Numbered from the whole stretch's first letter, positions 11,745 through 24,659 are shown. The stretch: 55,902 bases of DNA, filler included, from Sphacelaria rigidula (GCA_964200075.2; 5 parts of 5 records of this genome joined end to end with filler, not necessarily neighbours in it), one strand, 5' to 3'. Numbers and translations: made by a program. The notes: generated by a model from the letters alone, not told the origin.

Positions 11745-12328
11745 TGCACAGAACAGAAACAACTCCAAAATCGGCTGAGCTCCCGTCGCTCTTTTGCTCA
11801 TCCAGGGCAAACATGCGTAGCTCATGTGGCTCTCGTAGCTCAACCAGGTAAACATCCATAGCTGATGTAGCTCTCACAGCTTACTCAGGGCAAATATGCG
11901 CGGATGAGCTACGTCCGGTAGCTCACCCAAGGCAATTATGCGTAGCTCACCTAGCTCTGATAGCTCATCGAGGGCAAACATGTGTAACTCGTGTAGCTCT
12001 CATAGCTCATCCAGGACAAACATGCTTGGCTCATGCAGCTCTCATAGCTCACCCACGGCGAATATGAGCTGATGAGCAACGGGTTGGTAGCTCACCTAGG
12101 GCAAACATGCGTAGCTCGTGCAGCTCTCACAGCTCACTAAAGGCGAATATGAGGTCATGAGCTACGGGTTGGTAGTTCACCTAGGGCAAACATGCGTAGC
12201 TCATGTTTCTCTCGAAGCTTACCCAGGGAAAACAGGCGTAGCTCATGTAGCTCTCGTAGCTCACTAGGGAGCTACGCTAAAAAAGAGCTAGCTCAAGCTA
12301 TAGGGAGCTGATCTGTCCGATCTGTGCA
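11745..12328. repeat. AGCT-rich 42-bp tandem array (~11 units), possibly a non-autonomous transposon
   Basis: GGCAAACATGCGTAGCTC-type unit at ~11806, 11847, 11889, 11931, 11973, 12015, 12057, 12100, 12142, 12185, 12227; flanked by TGCACAGA/TCTGTGCA. Confidence 0.85.
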
Positions 12329-12749
12329 ACATTCCCATTGAATTTTTTTTATATTTACACAGGCAGAGGCAGGCTTTGTCTCTTCACCTCAAAAAGCAAC
12401 GTCCTTGACTTGGACAGGTCTCGAAAAGAAGTCAACAGAAGCGTGTAACACGCTGCACATACACACACACGCACACACAAAATGAACATGCTGCTGTCAC
12501 GACGAACCCATGATTGCGTGTGTATGCCTGACCCCCCCGTATCCCTCACCCCCACCTTGTGCTCCGCGCAAATCTTCAGCCGCAGCATATGGGGCGTGGA
12601 CGCATGGGCGTGGCGTGCGAGACAATGTCTTTAATGCTGCTTACCGGCCAGGCGAAGCTGGTGGATGCATTGACGGGGATGTACATGAAAAGTCTACCCT
12701 TTCCGGGGGAGGGGGATCGTATCATCCACGGTGCCCCGCAGGTACAGTT

Positions 12750-13047
12750 TTTTTTCCTCACACTTTGAACCCCTCCCCTTCCTCGGGATGAGTCCGTGGT
12801 CTCAAGGGATCATCCCATCTCTCCCCCGGTACGCGCCTTTCATTTTGTTCTCGCGGATTGGGTCAGCATTCCCGCACCGAGTCAACGCACATCACACAAA
12901 CCCAGTCCACTACTTTGTTTACTCGCGTTCTCACGCTTCCCACGGTGGAAGTCATACATGACGAAGAAAACCCCAATGCATCAGGAATCGAACCCCCGTT
13001 TTCCCCACCCTAATGGCGACAGTCGGACCATTACACCACCGGGGCGC
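12750..13047 (-). mobile_element. tRNA-derived SINE
   Basis: Minus strand A box TGGTGTAATGG (13028-13038), B box GGTTCGATTCC (12984-12994), 3' segment shared with three other loci, A-rich tail. Confidence 0.8.
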
Positions 13048-13051
13048 GGCC

Positions 13052-13166
13052 CTATCTATAACAAGCTCATTCGAGCAACCGTTGCTGCTTTCAACGACAA
13101 TTTGACTTGAACTTTCGTGCAAAAAGTGGCCCAAAATACCTGCCCCCTACCTATAGTAGGATGACT
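13052..13166. mobile_element. Right half of the MITE seen at 14279-14524
   Basis: Colinear with ~14410-14524 (ACCGTTGCTGCT.TCAACGAC...AAAGTGGCCCAAAATACC...ATGACT). Confidence 0.75.
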
Positions 13167-14010
13167 CCAAACTCACCGATCATGATTGCCAGAATGGGCG
13201 TGAAGGTAGCATATAGACAACTGCAAGTAGAGTCGTTGGACAAAGCAGCGATGCTATCATACGTATTCAGAGACTACATCTGCGTAGATTCTAGAGTCCT
13301 GTTCGCTTGGAGATCGTCATCGGGGTGGTGGGGTAATCCGGCATCGGCAATAGCGTGGTCACTAGAGCTCGGAAATGGTTTGTCTAACCATTAACTAGTA
13401 GAATGGGTACGCGTAGCGCACTCATGAACCAGTGAAATGGTATATGATAGTTTGGTCATCGAGCCGAACAACCGCGAGCCAAAAAGCCCCCCCCCCGGCA
13501 AAAGAGGCCCCGCCGCAGGCGCCCCTGGAGTGCCCCAGTGGAGGCGGCGTGCCGGGGGCACGTTGTGATGCGATTTGGCTTTACTAGAGCTAAAATATAC
13601 GCTAAAGTTGAGCCAATTTTCAAGGGCTGTATGTAGCATACGTAGCCGGTAATCGCTTGTAAAGCTGGTAACGGTAAAAAATGGTTTGAAACCATTATCC
13701 AATTTTTTCATATAACCATTACCATTAGTACAATTTTTCTGATAATGGCCAGTTATAACTGGTACTATTTTCCGAGCTCTAGTGGTCACACAACCGTGCT
13801 TGCTCTGCCTCAGTTACCATCCTCCCTTCAGCAATAGCAATCGCAGGAGACATCGAAGTCGTTGTGCCTCCGAATATGTCTCCCACAGTTCAACCATCGG
13901 CCAATAGGGAGTTTCGGAAGGTGTTTTTTTCATCATTGAGTCAGAGTGCAGAGTGGAATCTTCGAAACTTTACAGTGGATGTAAAAACGTTTATAGCGGA
14001 TGCTGATGTG
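13167..14010 (+). pseudogene. DIRS/Ngaro (tyrosine-recombinase retrotransposon)-type RT remnant
   Basis: ARMGVKVAYRQLQV...YVFRDYICVDSRVLFAWRSSSGWWG resembles KxDVKxAFRQ...DxRLxFGWRxSPGWW; degenerate FIAD at the YVDD position near 13990. Confidence 0.65.
13363..13781. mobile_element. hAT-type MITE (419 bp)
   Basis: TIR TAGAGCTCGGAAA/TTTCCGAGCTCTA; 8-bp TSD GTGGTCAC at 13355-13362 and 13782-13789. Confidence 0.92.
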
Positions 14011-14278
14011 ACATGGCATGACGTGATTTTTTTTGTCGCAGTGATTGACCGCAGGTTGCTCCGCCAAATGTACGATCGACTAGCGTCCATTTTGGAAGTG
14101 CATAGGCCGGCACAACACTGACTGTACCGTACACTGCGGCATCGTACGCACCGTACACTACGCTTTTTCACTGCACCTGCAGTACTTCAATCCACTACGG
14201 CGCACTGCAGGACACTGAAGTGCTGTAGTCTTGTAGTGCTGCGCAGCGTGGAGTACAGTACGGTACAGAGAGTGCAAT

Positions 14279-14524
14279 AGTCATGCTACGATAGGGGGGG
14301 GTGTTCGATTCCACGAACAAATTGGCTGATAGGTGCGTCAGATGACCCCACACATTCGCGATGCGCTTGCATTTAGGTAAAAGCGATGTCGAACGGTATA
14401 AAGGAGCGTTATAAATCGGAAGCAAGCGAGTTCGAACTACCGTTGCTGCTATCAACGACGATTGCAAGTTGAATTTCGTGGAAGAAAGTGGCCCAAAATA
14501 CCCCCCCCCTATCGTAGCATGACT
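14279..14524. mobile_element. MITE (~246 bp)
   Basis: TIR AGTCATGCTACGATAGGGGGGGGT / ACCCCCCCCCTATCGTAGCATGACT; no clear TSD. Confidence 0.85.
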
Positions 14525-15467
14525 CGATACAGAACCCTACAACAGTGTATTGCGATGCGGTCGACTTCTGTACAGCGATACCGTACAGAGTCAGTTGTAC
14601 AAACAGTAGTACAGGCAGTACAGTACGCAGCACTTTCAAACAGCAGACCTCGGCCGCATTGCGATGATTTTTTCACATGATACCCGTAACGGCGGTGCAA
14701 GACGTTATGATCTCTCACGGGATGTGAATACAGTCAGGTGTAATATTGCTTGTGCGCTGTAGACTACGAATCGTTCCCGTCGTCTTCTTCCAACTGACGC
14801 TGGCAAGAGTGAGGAACTGCACCCAAGGCAACGTGTACCCGTCGAGCATTTGAATTTTCACGCAACACAACCGAGCGAATGCTGATACCATGGCGGCGTC
14901 AGGGGGGTCTTTCAATTGCGATGCCAAGCTCTTCTACTCTGTGAATGGCTCATTGTCATCAGTATGGCAGCTTTGAGTTTTGATGGATGATGAATGTCTC
15001 ACTTTGCTTGTTAGGGTGTATTGGCTTTGGACTGGACGTGACCACGGTGGTGAAGGTGGGCGTAATTGTTTTTCATTCCGCTATGAACTCTGAGGAGGAA
15101 CAACCGTTTTCAGAGTGGGGTGGTGCAAACGGCACTCTCACTCTGAAAAAATCGCTATGAAAAAAACCTCATAGGGGAAAGTGTACCATTACCGGCTCTT
15201 TTTCCTTCCACTTTGACTCTAAGATGGAAAAACGTTTTCGGAAACTCTTTAATGTCTCTATAAAGTACATTGGAGCGGGGAGACTAGACTTCTGGGCAAT
15301 TTAGGGGATGCGTTCGGATCGCCGAAATTCCCCGAAATTGTTTTTCACCTACTAAGACCCCAACATTTTAGTGATCGAAATCCAAATTTGTAGAGCGTGT
15401 AGTACTTTTCAAGAGAAGCTAGTAGGTGAAGGAATATAATCATATTCCGAAGATTTGGTGTGGGTAC

Positions 15468-15725
15468 TGTAGCTAAATCATACCAAGCCGTAGGTTTCAG
15501 TATAATCGCATGCATGATTGGAGCAGTCGCAGGGGACAGGTGATCCTGGATTGATGAGCCTTACCTGTGTGGCCCCTTGCTGCTGGCTCATTATGTGGTC
15601 TATTCCTGGATCACTCAGAGGTAATAACAAGTGAGAAGAAAGGACTTGTTGAGCACGAGGCCAGTGCTACTGGAGGAGTCCCTCGTGGATAGTCCTCTTG
15701 TCCAGATCGTCTGGCAGAGGCTATA
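15468..15725 (+). repeat. 5' LTR of element B (258 bp)
   Basis: TGTAGC...GCTATA; direct repeat of 20969-21418 apart from the insertion. Confidence 0.95.
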
Positions 15726-15931
15726 ATATCCAGATATTATTCTTCCGGCACTCTGTTAGAGGAGTTTTGGCTGAGGACAGATTGGGCAGCAGCTCATAGA
15801 GCCAGTTGCAGAGCCCGCAGACAGGAGGAGACGCACCTTGAAGCGCACAGCATTGGGAGGACGATCCGTGAGCTGGAGGACGCATAAGTCAGGCAAGAGT
15901 ATCTACGTGAAGTGTTTGAAGTATAGACGAC

Positions 15932-18373
15932 ATGGCTCAAGCGGCGGCAGCGCCGCTGGTATTAGGTGAGCCATTACAGCCGCCAAAGTATGGTGAATTA
16001 TGGACCGAGGAGGCACCTCGCGTGTTTTTTGCCAGATACGTTGAATACGTACAAAGGTGAAGTCCAGCTAATGCAGAAGGAATTATACCACATGAGAGGG
16101 TGAGCATAGGTCAACTCATTCCTGTCTATGTTCACCGCTGCTTCAAGGATATGTACAAGGACGGTCGGGTTATGATCTCCGATGAATTGCTTGATACTGT
16201 GATGCAGCATGCTGGGTATACGACAACCGGTGGAAAGCATGACACTACGCGGGCTGCAGCAGACCTACGTAGGGTACTTACAATGAAGCAGAGCGGTGGA
16301 AAGTCCGTGAAGGGTCGTGCTATGATGGTTAGCTCAGACATGGAAAGGTTTTTTTCTGAACATTTGATGGTGCAAGCAATGTACCGTGCGGAGGACAGGA
16401 GTTGGTTGCCTGGCCCGGCCGAGTCGGTGTCCATAGCTTTGCTGGATGGCATTTTGCCCCCGGACTTCAAGGCGTATGTTAAAAACGTAGTAACGTATGT
16501 TGACGACTGGAAAAAGAACCCGACGGTGGTGTTCAAAAACAAATTTGAGGCGGTCGATCAGTGGAAATTCTTTGGAGCACATGCCCGGCGCGACTCTCCG
16601 ACAAGTGCAGGTGGTTCGCGCCGCAAACAGCAACATCAACAGAAACAGCAGCCGTCTTCGCGAGAGCCGTCCACTCACGCGTGTTATAACTGCGGCGACA
16701 CCGGACACATGATCAAGGACTGCCCCAAGCTTCGCACTCAAGACGCTGCACAGGGCAATGCACGAGATTTATCAGGGTCTCGGGGCGGTCGTCGCGGTGG
16801 ACGGGGCCGTGCCAATCGGGGATGCGGGCGCGGCGGCCGCGAGAGCAAGCAATCGGCGGCGGGTGGTGGTTCCTCCGCTGCTGTTTCTTCCACTACGTCA
16901 TCAGGTGGTGACTCTGGATTTTCTGGTTCGTCCGTAGCGGGGCGGATAGTGTACGTGGGAAACGGAAATACTTCGGTGGGGAGTGCTGGAGCAAATAGCT
17001 CGCAACCTATCGGACAGGCAGGATCCGTGCCTGGTGCATTTCCTACGGCTGCGACGGCGGTTACAGCGCCGTCTGCATGGTTGGCGACGTGGTCTGGTTG
17101 GACCGGCGATTCACAGTTATCGGTGCCGAGTGCTGGAGGGCAGCAATGGCGTCCGGTGACTATTGGGACAGAACAGGGTTCTTCGGCAGGCGTGGTACCT
17201 GCCGATCGCAAGGGTGAATGCTTACGCGCAGATTTATCCTTGCCTGGTTCTGTAGGTTCGTTTATGGCCAGCGTTATTCTGGATTGTGGGTCCGTTCTCA
17301 CGTCGATTGGTGTGGGGTTGCTTGAACAAATGTCTTCGCAGTTTGGCGGCGCTCAGCTTCAAATTCCGTTCGAAAACGAACCGCAAACGGCGCAGACCGC
17401 CACGGGTGCTCCCGTGACGGTTACACACAAAACAGTGCCAACTGCTGTTAGCGTTCGTACGCCGTGGGGGGTGGTGCAGTTGCAGCCCATTACTTTCGCT
17501 ATCATACCCGGTAGGGACAACGTGGTTCTATTTGTCATGGCAACAATCAAGGAGCTGGAAATTGATTTGTATCCGTTGGCGTTGGAGAAGTTACGTCCGC
17601 GTGCTGTGCCGGTGCAAACTGGCGTGGAAAATTCCAGCTTTCTTGCTGCAAGGCGTGTGATCGTATCAATACGGTCATTCCAAAGCGCCTGTGAGGAGGA
17701 GGCTCCTGCTGAGGAAGCAGTAGAGCACTTGGTCGATCGGGGGCCTGATATGTTCATGGGCCCAGCAGAGGAGAGAGGTGCACGGGAGCGTGCGGTTGAG
17801 GATAGTGTGCAGCAGGCCGAGCAGAAGGGCCTGAGCGCCGATGGCGCACATCGTCTGCGCGATATTCTGGCTCGTCGCGTAGATACATTTCGCCGTACGC
17901 TGCGTGGTGATCCGCCAGCGCGCGTTGAGCCCATGAGGGTGCAGCTCAAGCCCCAGGCAAAGGCGGTGAAGGCCAAGCCCAGACGGTACGATCCGGTGAA
18001 GACCGGGTGGCTTGCCTCATGCATCGCAGCTTTGGTGGCGTTTGGTTTAGTGGTGAGGAACATCCAGGCTGTGTGGGCGAGTCGGGCGATGGCGGTGCCG
18101 AAAAGGGATACATTCCGTTTGGTCAGCGACTATCAGGCGGTGAACACGCGAGTGGAACAGTCTCCGGGGGTGATGCCAAGCCAAGAAGACATGCGGGAGT
18201 TGCTGGGAGCCCAATGCTTCGGCAAGTTGGGCCTGCTACAGGAGTATTGGCAGATGACTCTGGCGCCGGAGGCTCAAGAAATCCGACCGTCACGCCGGAA
18301 GGTTTGTTCACGCCTACTTGTGCCCCGCAGGGGTGTTGAACGCCACGCCGTATTTTCAAGGTGTGCTGACTGA
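15932..18373 (+). pseudogene. Gag - protease - RT N-part
   Basis: CYNCGDTGHMIKDC zinc knuckle; ILDCGS protease; FRLVSDYQAVN RT; candidate ATG at 15932 followed by disruptions. Confidence 0.9.
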
Positions 18374-19330
18374 CATTTTGCGAGGACTAAAGTAAAGTGT
18401 GGGTGGATGACGTCTTCTATTTTGCGGAAACCGGAGAAGCACTGTTAGCTTTGCTTGACGAAATTCTTGGCCGCTTGGAGAGTGTTTGCCTGTTCGTCGC
18501 TGCGCATAAGTGTACTTTTTCCGCACGCGGAGTGGTTTGGTGTGATAGGGTGTACTCCAAGGGAACTGTTTCGCATGATCCCGTCCGTGTTCAAGGTTTG
18601 AGCAATATGCGACATCCTCATAACGCTAGTGAGCTGATGCAGTTTCTGCAGACGGTGAATTGGTTGCGGACTTCGCTCCCGCGCATGGCGGATGTAGTTG
18701 CTCCGCTTCGAGTATTTCTGGAAGAACTCATGGCCGGGGCTTCGCGCCAGACCAAGCGGGTGGCGCGTAATCGTACAATTCCGGAGGATGCTTGGACAGA
18801 GGATCGTGTGAGGGCATGGCGGTCTGCGCAAGATGTGGTGGCGCAAGCGGTGCCGCTGTATCATCCCCGTCCAGGGTGCATTGTTCTCATGTTTCCGGAT
18901 GCTTTGAATTTTCGCTGGGGTAGTTTTTTTACGTAAGTGCCTGTCGCAGAATTTAATAGTGGCATTGCGCTCGAAAACATGTCACACGAACCGTTGGATT
19001 TTCTGAGTGGTAGTTCAAAGGGTTCACAGTTGCGGTGGGCGACAGTGGACAAGGAAGGTTCCGCGATAGTCAATACATTTCGAAGGCCAGAGTACTTGCT
19101 TTGGGGTGGTGTCCGCATTTTTACCGATCATCGTTATCTCAAGCACGCTTTTAATCCCGAAGAGTGTGTCACATCGGTGACGAAGGCCATGGCACAACGG
19201 CTTGAAAATTGGAAAACGGTATGCCATTGAACACATTCCTGGAGAGCGCAATTGATTGTGAGATTTGTTGTCTCGCTGGGTGAAGGTTCCTACCGTGCCT
19301 GTTCGTTCTTTTGCCGTGTACAGCCCATGT
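18374..19330 (+). pseudogene. RT C-part and RNase H
   Basis: WVDDV, MFPDA, WATVDKEG, IFTDHR motifs with stops and frameshifts. Confidence 0.9.
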
Positions 19331-19399
19331 GATGCCGATGATTCGCTGCCCTCGTTAGATGTCATTCGTACCGCGTAGCGCAAAACAGTCGGCGACGGT

Positions 19400-20887
19400 G
19401 TTCATTCTTTTCCCACGACTTTCGGTCAAGCTACTATGGCTGACGATGGTTTGTTTCGCGTGCGTGTTGGCAATCGTGATGTTTTGTGGATTCCGTCGGA
19501 TGGCAAGGCTCCACAAACTCCCTTGATGGTGTGCGCTTACATGCGGTCGGCTGGTCACCAGGGTGTGGCGCCGACTCTGTTTTGTTTGAAAGAATAATGT
19601 GTGTGGCCTCACGTGGATTCCCACGTTCGCGAGTTCGTTCGACAGTGTTTGCATTGTGTAGACACTCGTGCTGGTGAGATTGTACCTCGTCCGTATGGCG
19701 ATACTGTGCATGGTACTGCGCCAGGTGAAGCTGTTCATTGTGATTTTCTGTACGTCGGAAGTAGCGGACCTGAAGGTACTAATGGTCTGCCTGAGGAGGA
19801 TGGTTTTCGGTACGTTTTGGTGATTCTGGATGATTCGTCCAATTTCGTTTGCTTGGAGCCGACCGAGGCTTGCACTGCCGAGGTTACGGCTAAGCACTTG
19901 CTCCATTGGTGCAAGACTTTGGGGGTGCCGCGTGTTTGGGTCAGTGGTACCGCCACGCAATTCAAAAATCGAGTGATCGCGCAGCTGAGCGATGCGCTGA
20001 AGGTGCGACGCCAATTTGCTGTGCCGTATACCCCTTGGTCAAATGGTGCTTGTGAGCGCATGGTGAAAGAGGTAATTCGTGCGTTGCGGTCTATTTTGTC
20101 GGAATAGCGACGGCCGGTGTCTGACTGGGTTGATGTTTTGCCAGCCGCTCAGTGGTCGTTGAATACTTCTTATCGTGAACGCTACCGTAACACTCCGTAT
20201 TGTGTGATGTTTGGGCGTGCGCCGCGTACAGTGTTTTCCGCGCTGGTTTTTGTCTCTGGCGGCGAGTGGAACGTCGATGTCATGGATGCTGATTCGCCGC
20301 GTGACAAGGTTCGAGGCGTGGTTGACGAGCAAGTGCGGTTTTGTAACGAAATGCAAGCTGCTGTCGCGGTGTCTCGCGAAACCAAACGCAAGCTTGCTCA
20401 GGGCCAGGTTGTGTTGCCCAAGTTTGCAGTTAGAGATTTCGTCTTGTATGCCCATGTTCGTAGGCAAGGTGTGACGCCAAAGTTGATGTCCACGTGGACA
20501 GGTCCGTGGCGTGTGGTAGGAGCCGATCACCCTCACGTGTATTCGGTGCAGAACAATGTTTCTGGCGCCGTGCACTCGGCCCATGTCGCTCGTTTACGTG
20601 TCTATGCTGACTCGCAGTTGCACATCACTGCGGAACTAAAATATCTTTTTCAGCATTCGTATGCTCAAGGTGAATGTCGGATGAATGCTTAGGTGCACGT
20701 CGCTGAGGATGACAATGGTGATGTCATTGTTTTGGTCGATTGGGAAGGGTTCGGTGCTGAAGAAGGTACGTGGGAGTCTCTTCGCAAGATTCATTCTTCT
20801 GCACCTGAATTTGAAGGAACTACGTAAAATGCGGTTGACTTGGATGCTGACAAGTAAATTAGCATCGGAGTATGGCATTTCTTTGTG
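19400..20887 (+). pseudogene. Integrase with GPY/F motif and chromodomain
   Basis: GHQG...CLHC; HCDFL; PWSNGACER; KLMSTWTGPWRV; VLVDWEGFGAEEGTWES at ~20725-20780. Confidence 0.9.
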
Positions 20888-20968
20888 ATCTGGCGCATAC
20901 GATTTCGTCCTGGTTTTTTTGTTGGTTGTCAAGCTCGTTCGTTTGTCTTGAACTCGCTTTGGGGGTGC

Positions 20969-21418
20969 TGTAGCCGAATGATACCAAGCCGTAGGTCTCA
21001 GTATAATCGCATGCATGAGTGGAGTAGTCGCAGGGGACAGGGTGTAATGCGTGAGAGGACCGCGTGCTTAGAGGGCCGCGCCGAAGCCCAAAACACCCCA
21101 GGATCGCACTTTTTAAAAACCAATCGGGCCAGTCCCTGCAGGAACCACGCCCCTGACTCTAACCCCAACCATAGGGTTGTTCAAATTTCGATGCGGTCCT
21201 CTAAGCTCGCGGTTCTCTCACGCATTACACAGGGGATCCTGGATTGATGATCCTTATCTGTGTGGCCCCTTGCTGCTGGCTCATTATGTGGTCTATTTCT
21301 GGATCACTCCGAGGTAATAACAAGTGAGCAGAAAGGGCTTGTTGAGCACGAGGACAGTGCTACTGGAGGAGTCCCTCGTGGATAGCTCTCTTGTCCAGAT
21401 CGTCTGGCAGAGGCTATA
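20969..21418 (+). repeat. 3' LTR of element B carrying a MITE
   Basis: Matches the 5' LTR; preceded by a short G-rich PPT-like tract GGGGGTGC. Confidence 0.95.
21043..21229. mobile_element. MITE (187 bp) with TGT...ACA ends inside the 3' LTR
   Basis: ~37-bp imperfect TIR TGTAATGCGTGAGAGGACCGCG...; CAGGG duplicated at 21038-21042 and 21230-21234; absent from the 5' LTR. Confidence 0.9.
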
Positions 21419-22302
21419 GTACGAAGATTACATTTCTTCGGGTTCTCATCCTCAATGATGAGCCCCATCCCCAATTTCAATGATCGGCTGTTACAATGAG
21501 GATTGGGTGGCCAAGAGTGATGGCTATGCCTGTGCAGATCATATTTGTTTTAGTGCAGAGCATCAGAGTTATTCGCGTACAGCAACAGAAACTCCACGAA
21601 GATTTCGTTTTAACGAGGGCGACATCGCATTCAGACGAAACGGCATCCAATGCGAGCCCAGAGTGTCTGGCAGCACGCGGATTGCGTATAAATTAGATTC
21701 AGGGCAAGCAAGGCGATCAGGATCGGAAAGGGGCGGTGCTGCTCAGACCACGCACTCGTAAACGGGGAACAATGCAGCCATAGATGGTGGGAAATTTAGT
21801 GGGATCAGGTGGCGAGGTTTCGAGGCAGAGCTGGAGTTGATGCTTATGCGCCCTGTTGAATTTTGATAAATAACAATTCCGAACATACATACTCAAGATT
21901 AGCGGTACAACCAGTTGCGGTTCACCGTCAGAACAAAGGTCGTGGGAATACCCGAAGGAGGAGGGTATCCGTCGTAGAATAATGAGTAGCTCATTTACTG
22001 TGTAGCTCGTATACAGACAGGCAGCATACTGTCAGAATACGGAAGGGTTGGGTACGAAGAGTCTGAGGTATCACAGTTTGGATCGACAGTTTTATATTGT
22101 CCAAGAGTTTTTGTCGACAGAATGCAATAGCTTTACGCCATTACTCTCCAAAAAAAGCGACCCACCTCAAGGAAGCCCACCAGTTTGTGATCAAGTATTC
22201 TGTGGAGTAGAGACTGATTGTATTTGATTTGAGTAACGCCCAACAGTGTTTTCGTGAGATTGAGAGTAGGTGATACGATTGAGAGTGAAAAGCGGTCAAT
22301 CA

Positions 22303-22402
22303 NNNNNNNNNNNNNNNNNNNNNNNNNNNNNNNNNNNNNNNNNNNNTTAATTAATTAANNNNNNNNNNNNNNNNNNNNNNNNNNNNNNNNNNNNNNNNNN
22401 NN
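22303..22402. other. Artificial scaffold linker
   Basis: N/TTAATTAATTAA/N, 100 nt. Confidence 0.98.
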
Positions 22403-22467
22403 TTTTTTTTTCGGGGCGACGGCCGCGGCGGGGGGGGGGGGGCGGGACCCCCTGCCGTAGGCGCGAA

Positions 22468-22503
<36 letters not shown>

Positions 22504-23249
22504 AAGTCACCGCGTGTAGTTGATAGTGCCCCGTTCTTCCGACGGCGGACTACTATGTTTATTTTGTTGGCAAATTAGAGCGGGGAAAACGTTCAGCTCT
22601 GACCTATCAAACATAGTATGCCCCGTCCACTTCTGAAACTAGTTTGCACCACAGAAATCGGCCAGTCTTCGAACACTAGCAACCGAGAAAATACATCCCA
22701 CTAGACGGGCCGTGGTGGCAGGTGGGAGGGACGGATTCTCAAACACTCGCGGATATGGACAGTATATTTTGTCTTCCCCTCCATTGGGAGATCTCGCCCG
22801 GACCGAACTGATACCAACACGATCGCAGTTCGGAAAAAACGCCTTGTGAAATTGTTTTATGTTCGCGCAAAGAAATGCAGAATGTGTCCAACAATCAGAG
22901 CATGGCAGTGTGCGATGCCCAAGCGCGGAGTTGCTTGTTGTGCTGCGCAAGAACAGCTACGCGAAATCCCCGTATCCGTCCGTCCGCAGCCGCCCGCGTT
23001 CAAGCAAGGGTATTACAAGTGTGACCTGAAAATCGAACAATCTGACGGACGAATTTACGGCAGCTCGTACGCAACAAAGAACTGGAGTTCGAAATATATC
23101 ATGTTCGAGCTGTTCATCAGTTTATCAAGTAGATATTACCGTTGTCCGTCAACCTGGAACAACATGTTTTTACCTGCAAATGTCCCTGCCAACCCGCGCA
23201 ACCTTGTCACGTCGACTGCGGACATTACAAGTGGAATTTGTCCCCCCCT

Positions 23250-23957
23250 CCGGTCTGATGACTATAGCATTCATGATCATGAGTACACCCCCCCTCCCCA
23301 TGATTGTGATCGAGCTACATCATGCTGTGCGGGGTGGGACTCCTCACTCACTCAACTTCGCACAATGAGGATGATCGTACTACGTAGTGTCAATAGTGAG
23401 ACACCCATAAGGCAGTGCAGTGTATAAGCCGTAGCTGTCTCTAGAAGTGGCGAAATAAAAAAATGAAGCAACCATTATAGGCTGTCATCCAAATGCAAGA
23501 TAATCAGAAGGCTTCCGGCCGAACAATCTCAACAGGATACAGCTCACCCTTCATGCGACTCGTCGAACACACCACGGCGCTTCGCGCTTGATGANNNNNN
23601 NNNNCCGCCCCGGGCTTGTAGGGATGCGAGGTCAATGGTCTGATGACTATGGCATGAATGATCACGAGTACCCGCCCCCTCGGTACTCTGGAAGTGGTGA
23701 TGCCAGAAAACGAAGCGACTCATTCGAGACTGTCATTTATATGCTAGATAATCAGTACACTCGAGGCCTAACAATCGTAGCAGGACGCGGCTTACCCTTC
23801 ATGCGACTCGCCGTAACACATCGCGACGCTTCGCGCTTAGTGATTGAGTGCGAGCCGGATCCGGCGAAGACCCAGCTTGCTCCGTCCCGCTTTATAGGTA
23901 TGCGAGGTCAATGGTCTTATGACTACGGTATGCATGATCACGATAACCACCCTCCCC
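23250..23957 (+). repeat. Three copies (one partial) of a ~165-bp dispersed repeat
   Basis: ACCCTTCATGCGACTCG...GGTCTGATGACTA.GGCATG.ATGATCA.GAGTAC.CCCCC at ~23250, 23545 and 23794. Confidence 0.85.
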
Positions 23958-24659
23958 GTGCGGTTAAACGACTCACCTGATCTTTCGGCCCTGCTTCTCC
24001 TGCCAGGAGTGCTGCTGCTACTACTCCGCTCCTTGGTCTCGCTGCTGTTGCTGTTGTTGCTGTTGTTGCTGCGGTCGCGGCTGCTGCGTCTGTTGCCGTC
24101 TGGAAGTGGGACATCGACACGGTCCGATGTCTCTCTGCGTGCGTGTTCGGAAAAACGTTTTTCCGCGATTCAAACGCCGGCATGTGTGCACGAAGGAGCG
24201 CGTGGTCGTGGGGGTGGGGGTGGGGGTGGGGGTGGGCGTTAGGGTGAGGGTGAGCGTGTCAAGAGCGCATCGGTTTAATCGAAAGAGTTCGTGCACGATT
24301 TGAAGTGCACCATTGTCGCTGCTAACAGTGTAGCACATGGGCGCGACCACGGGGGATGGGAATAAAAAAAACGTGTGCGTGGTTTCGCCAAGATAAAGTC
24401 GATGATGTTTCAGATAACAAGAAATATACTGACGGAAATGAAGAGGAATGTCCACAGATGTTGCCACCTAGGACGTACCGAAACATACAGAAAATGTAGA
24501 GCAACGACTGCTTCTTCGTGACATATTTTTCCCCCAAACTCACGCGGTTTTCGTGAACAGCAAATGATGCAGTATCTCTCTTTTCTTTCGCCAACATCCT
24601 CGTTTGGAGGCGTCAAACATCTTTATAAAAGGAGTGCAGGACAGATCTACTTGGCCTCA

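Larger units (their letters stand above)
15468..21418 (+). mobile_element. Full-length decayed Ty3/Gypsy chromovirus-like element B
   Basis: Paired LTRs, GTAC TSD (15464-15467, 21419-21422), gag-PR-RT-RH-IN-chromo order. Confidence 0.97.

Noticed and set aside
12975-13047. tRNA gene
   Set aside because: A and B boxes are present but there is no convincing cloverleaf, and it is fused to a multi-copy tail, so SINE head.
22403-22502. Poly-G tracts (also 44610-44703) as functional G4 elements
   Set aside because: They lie at scaffold edges where homopolymer artefacts are likely.
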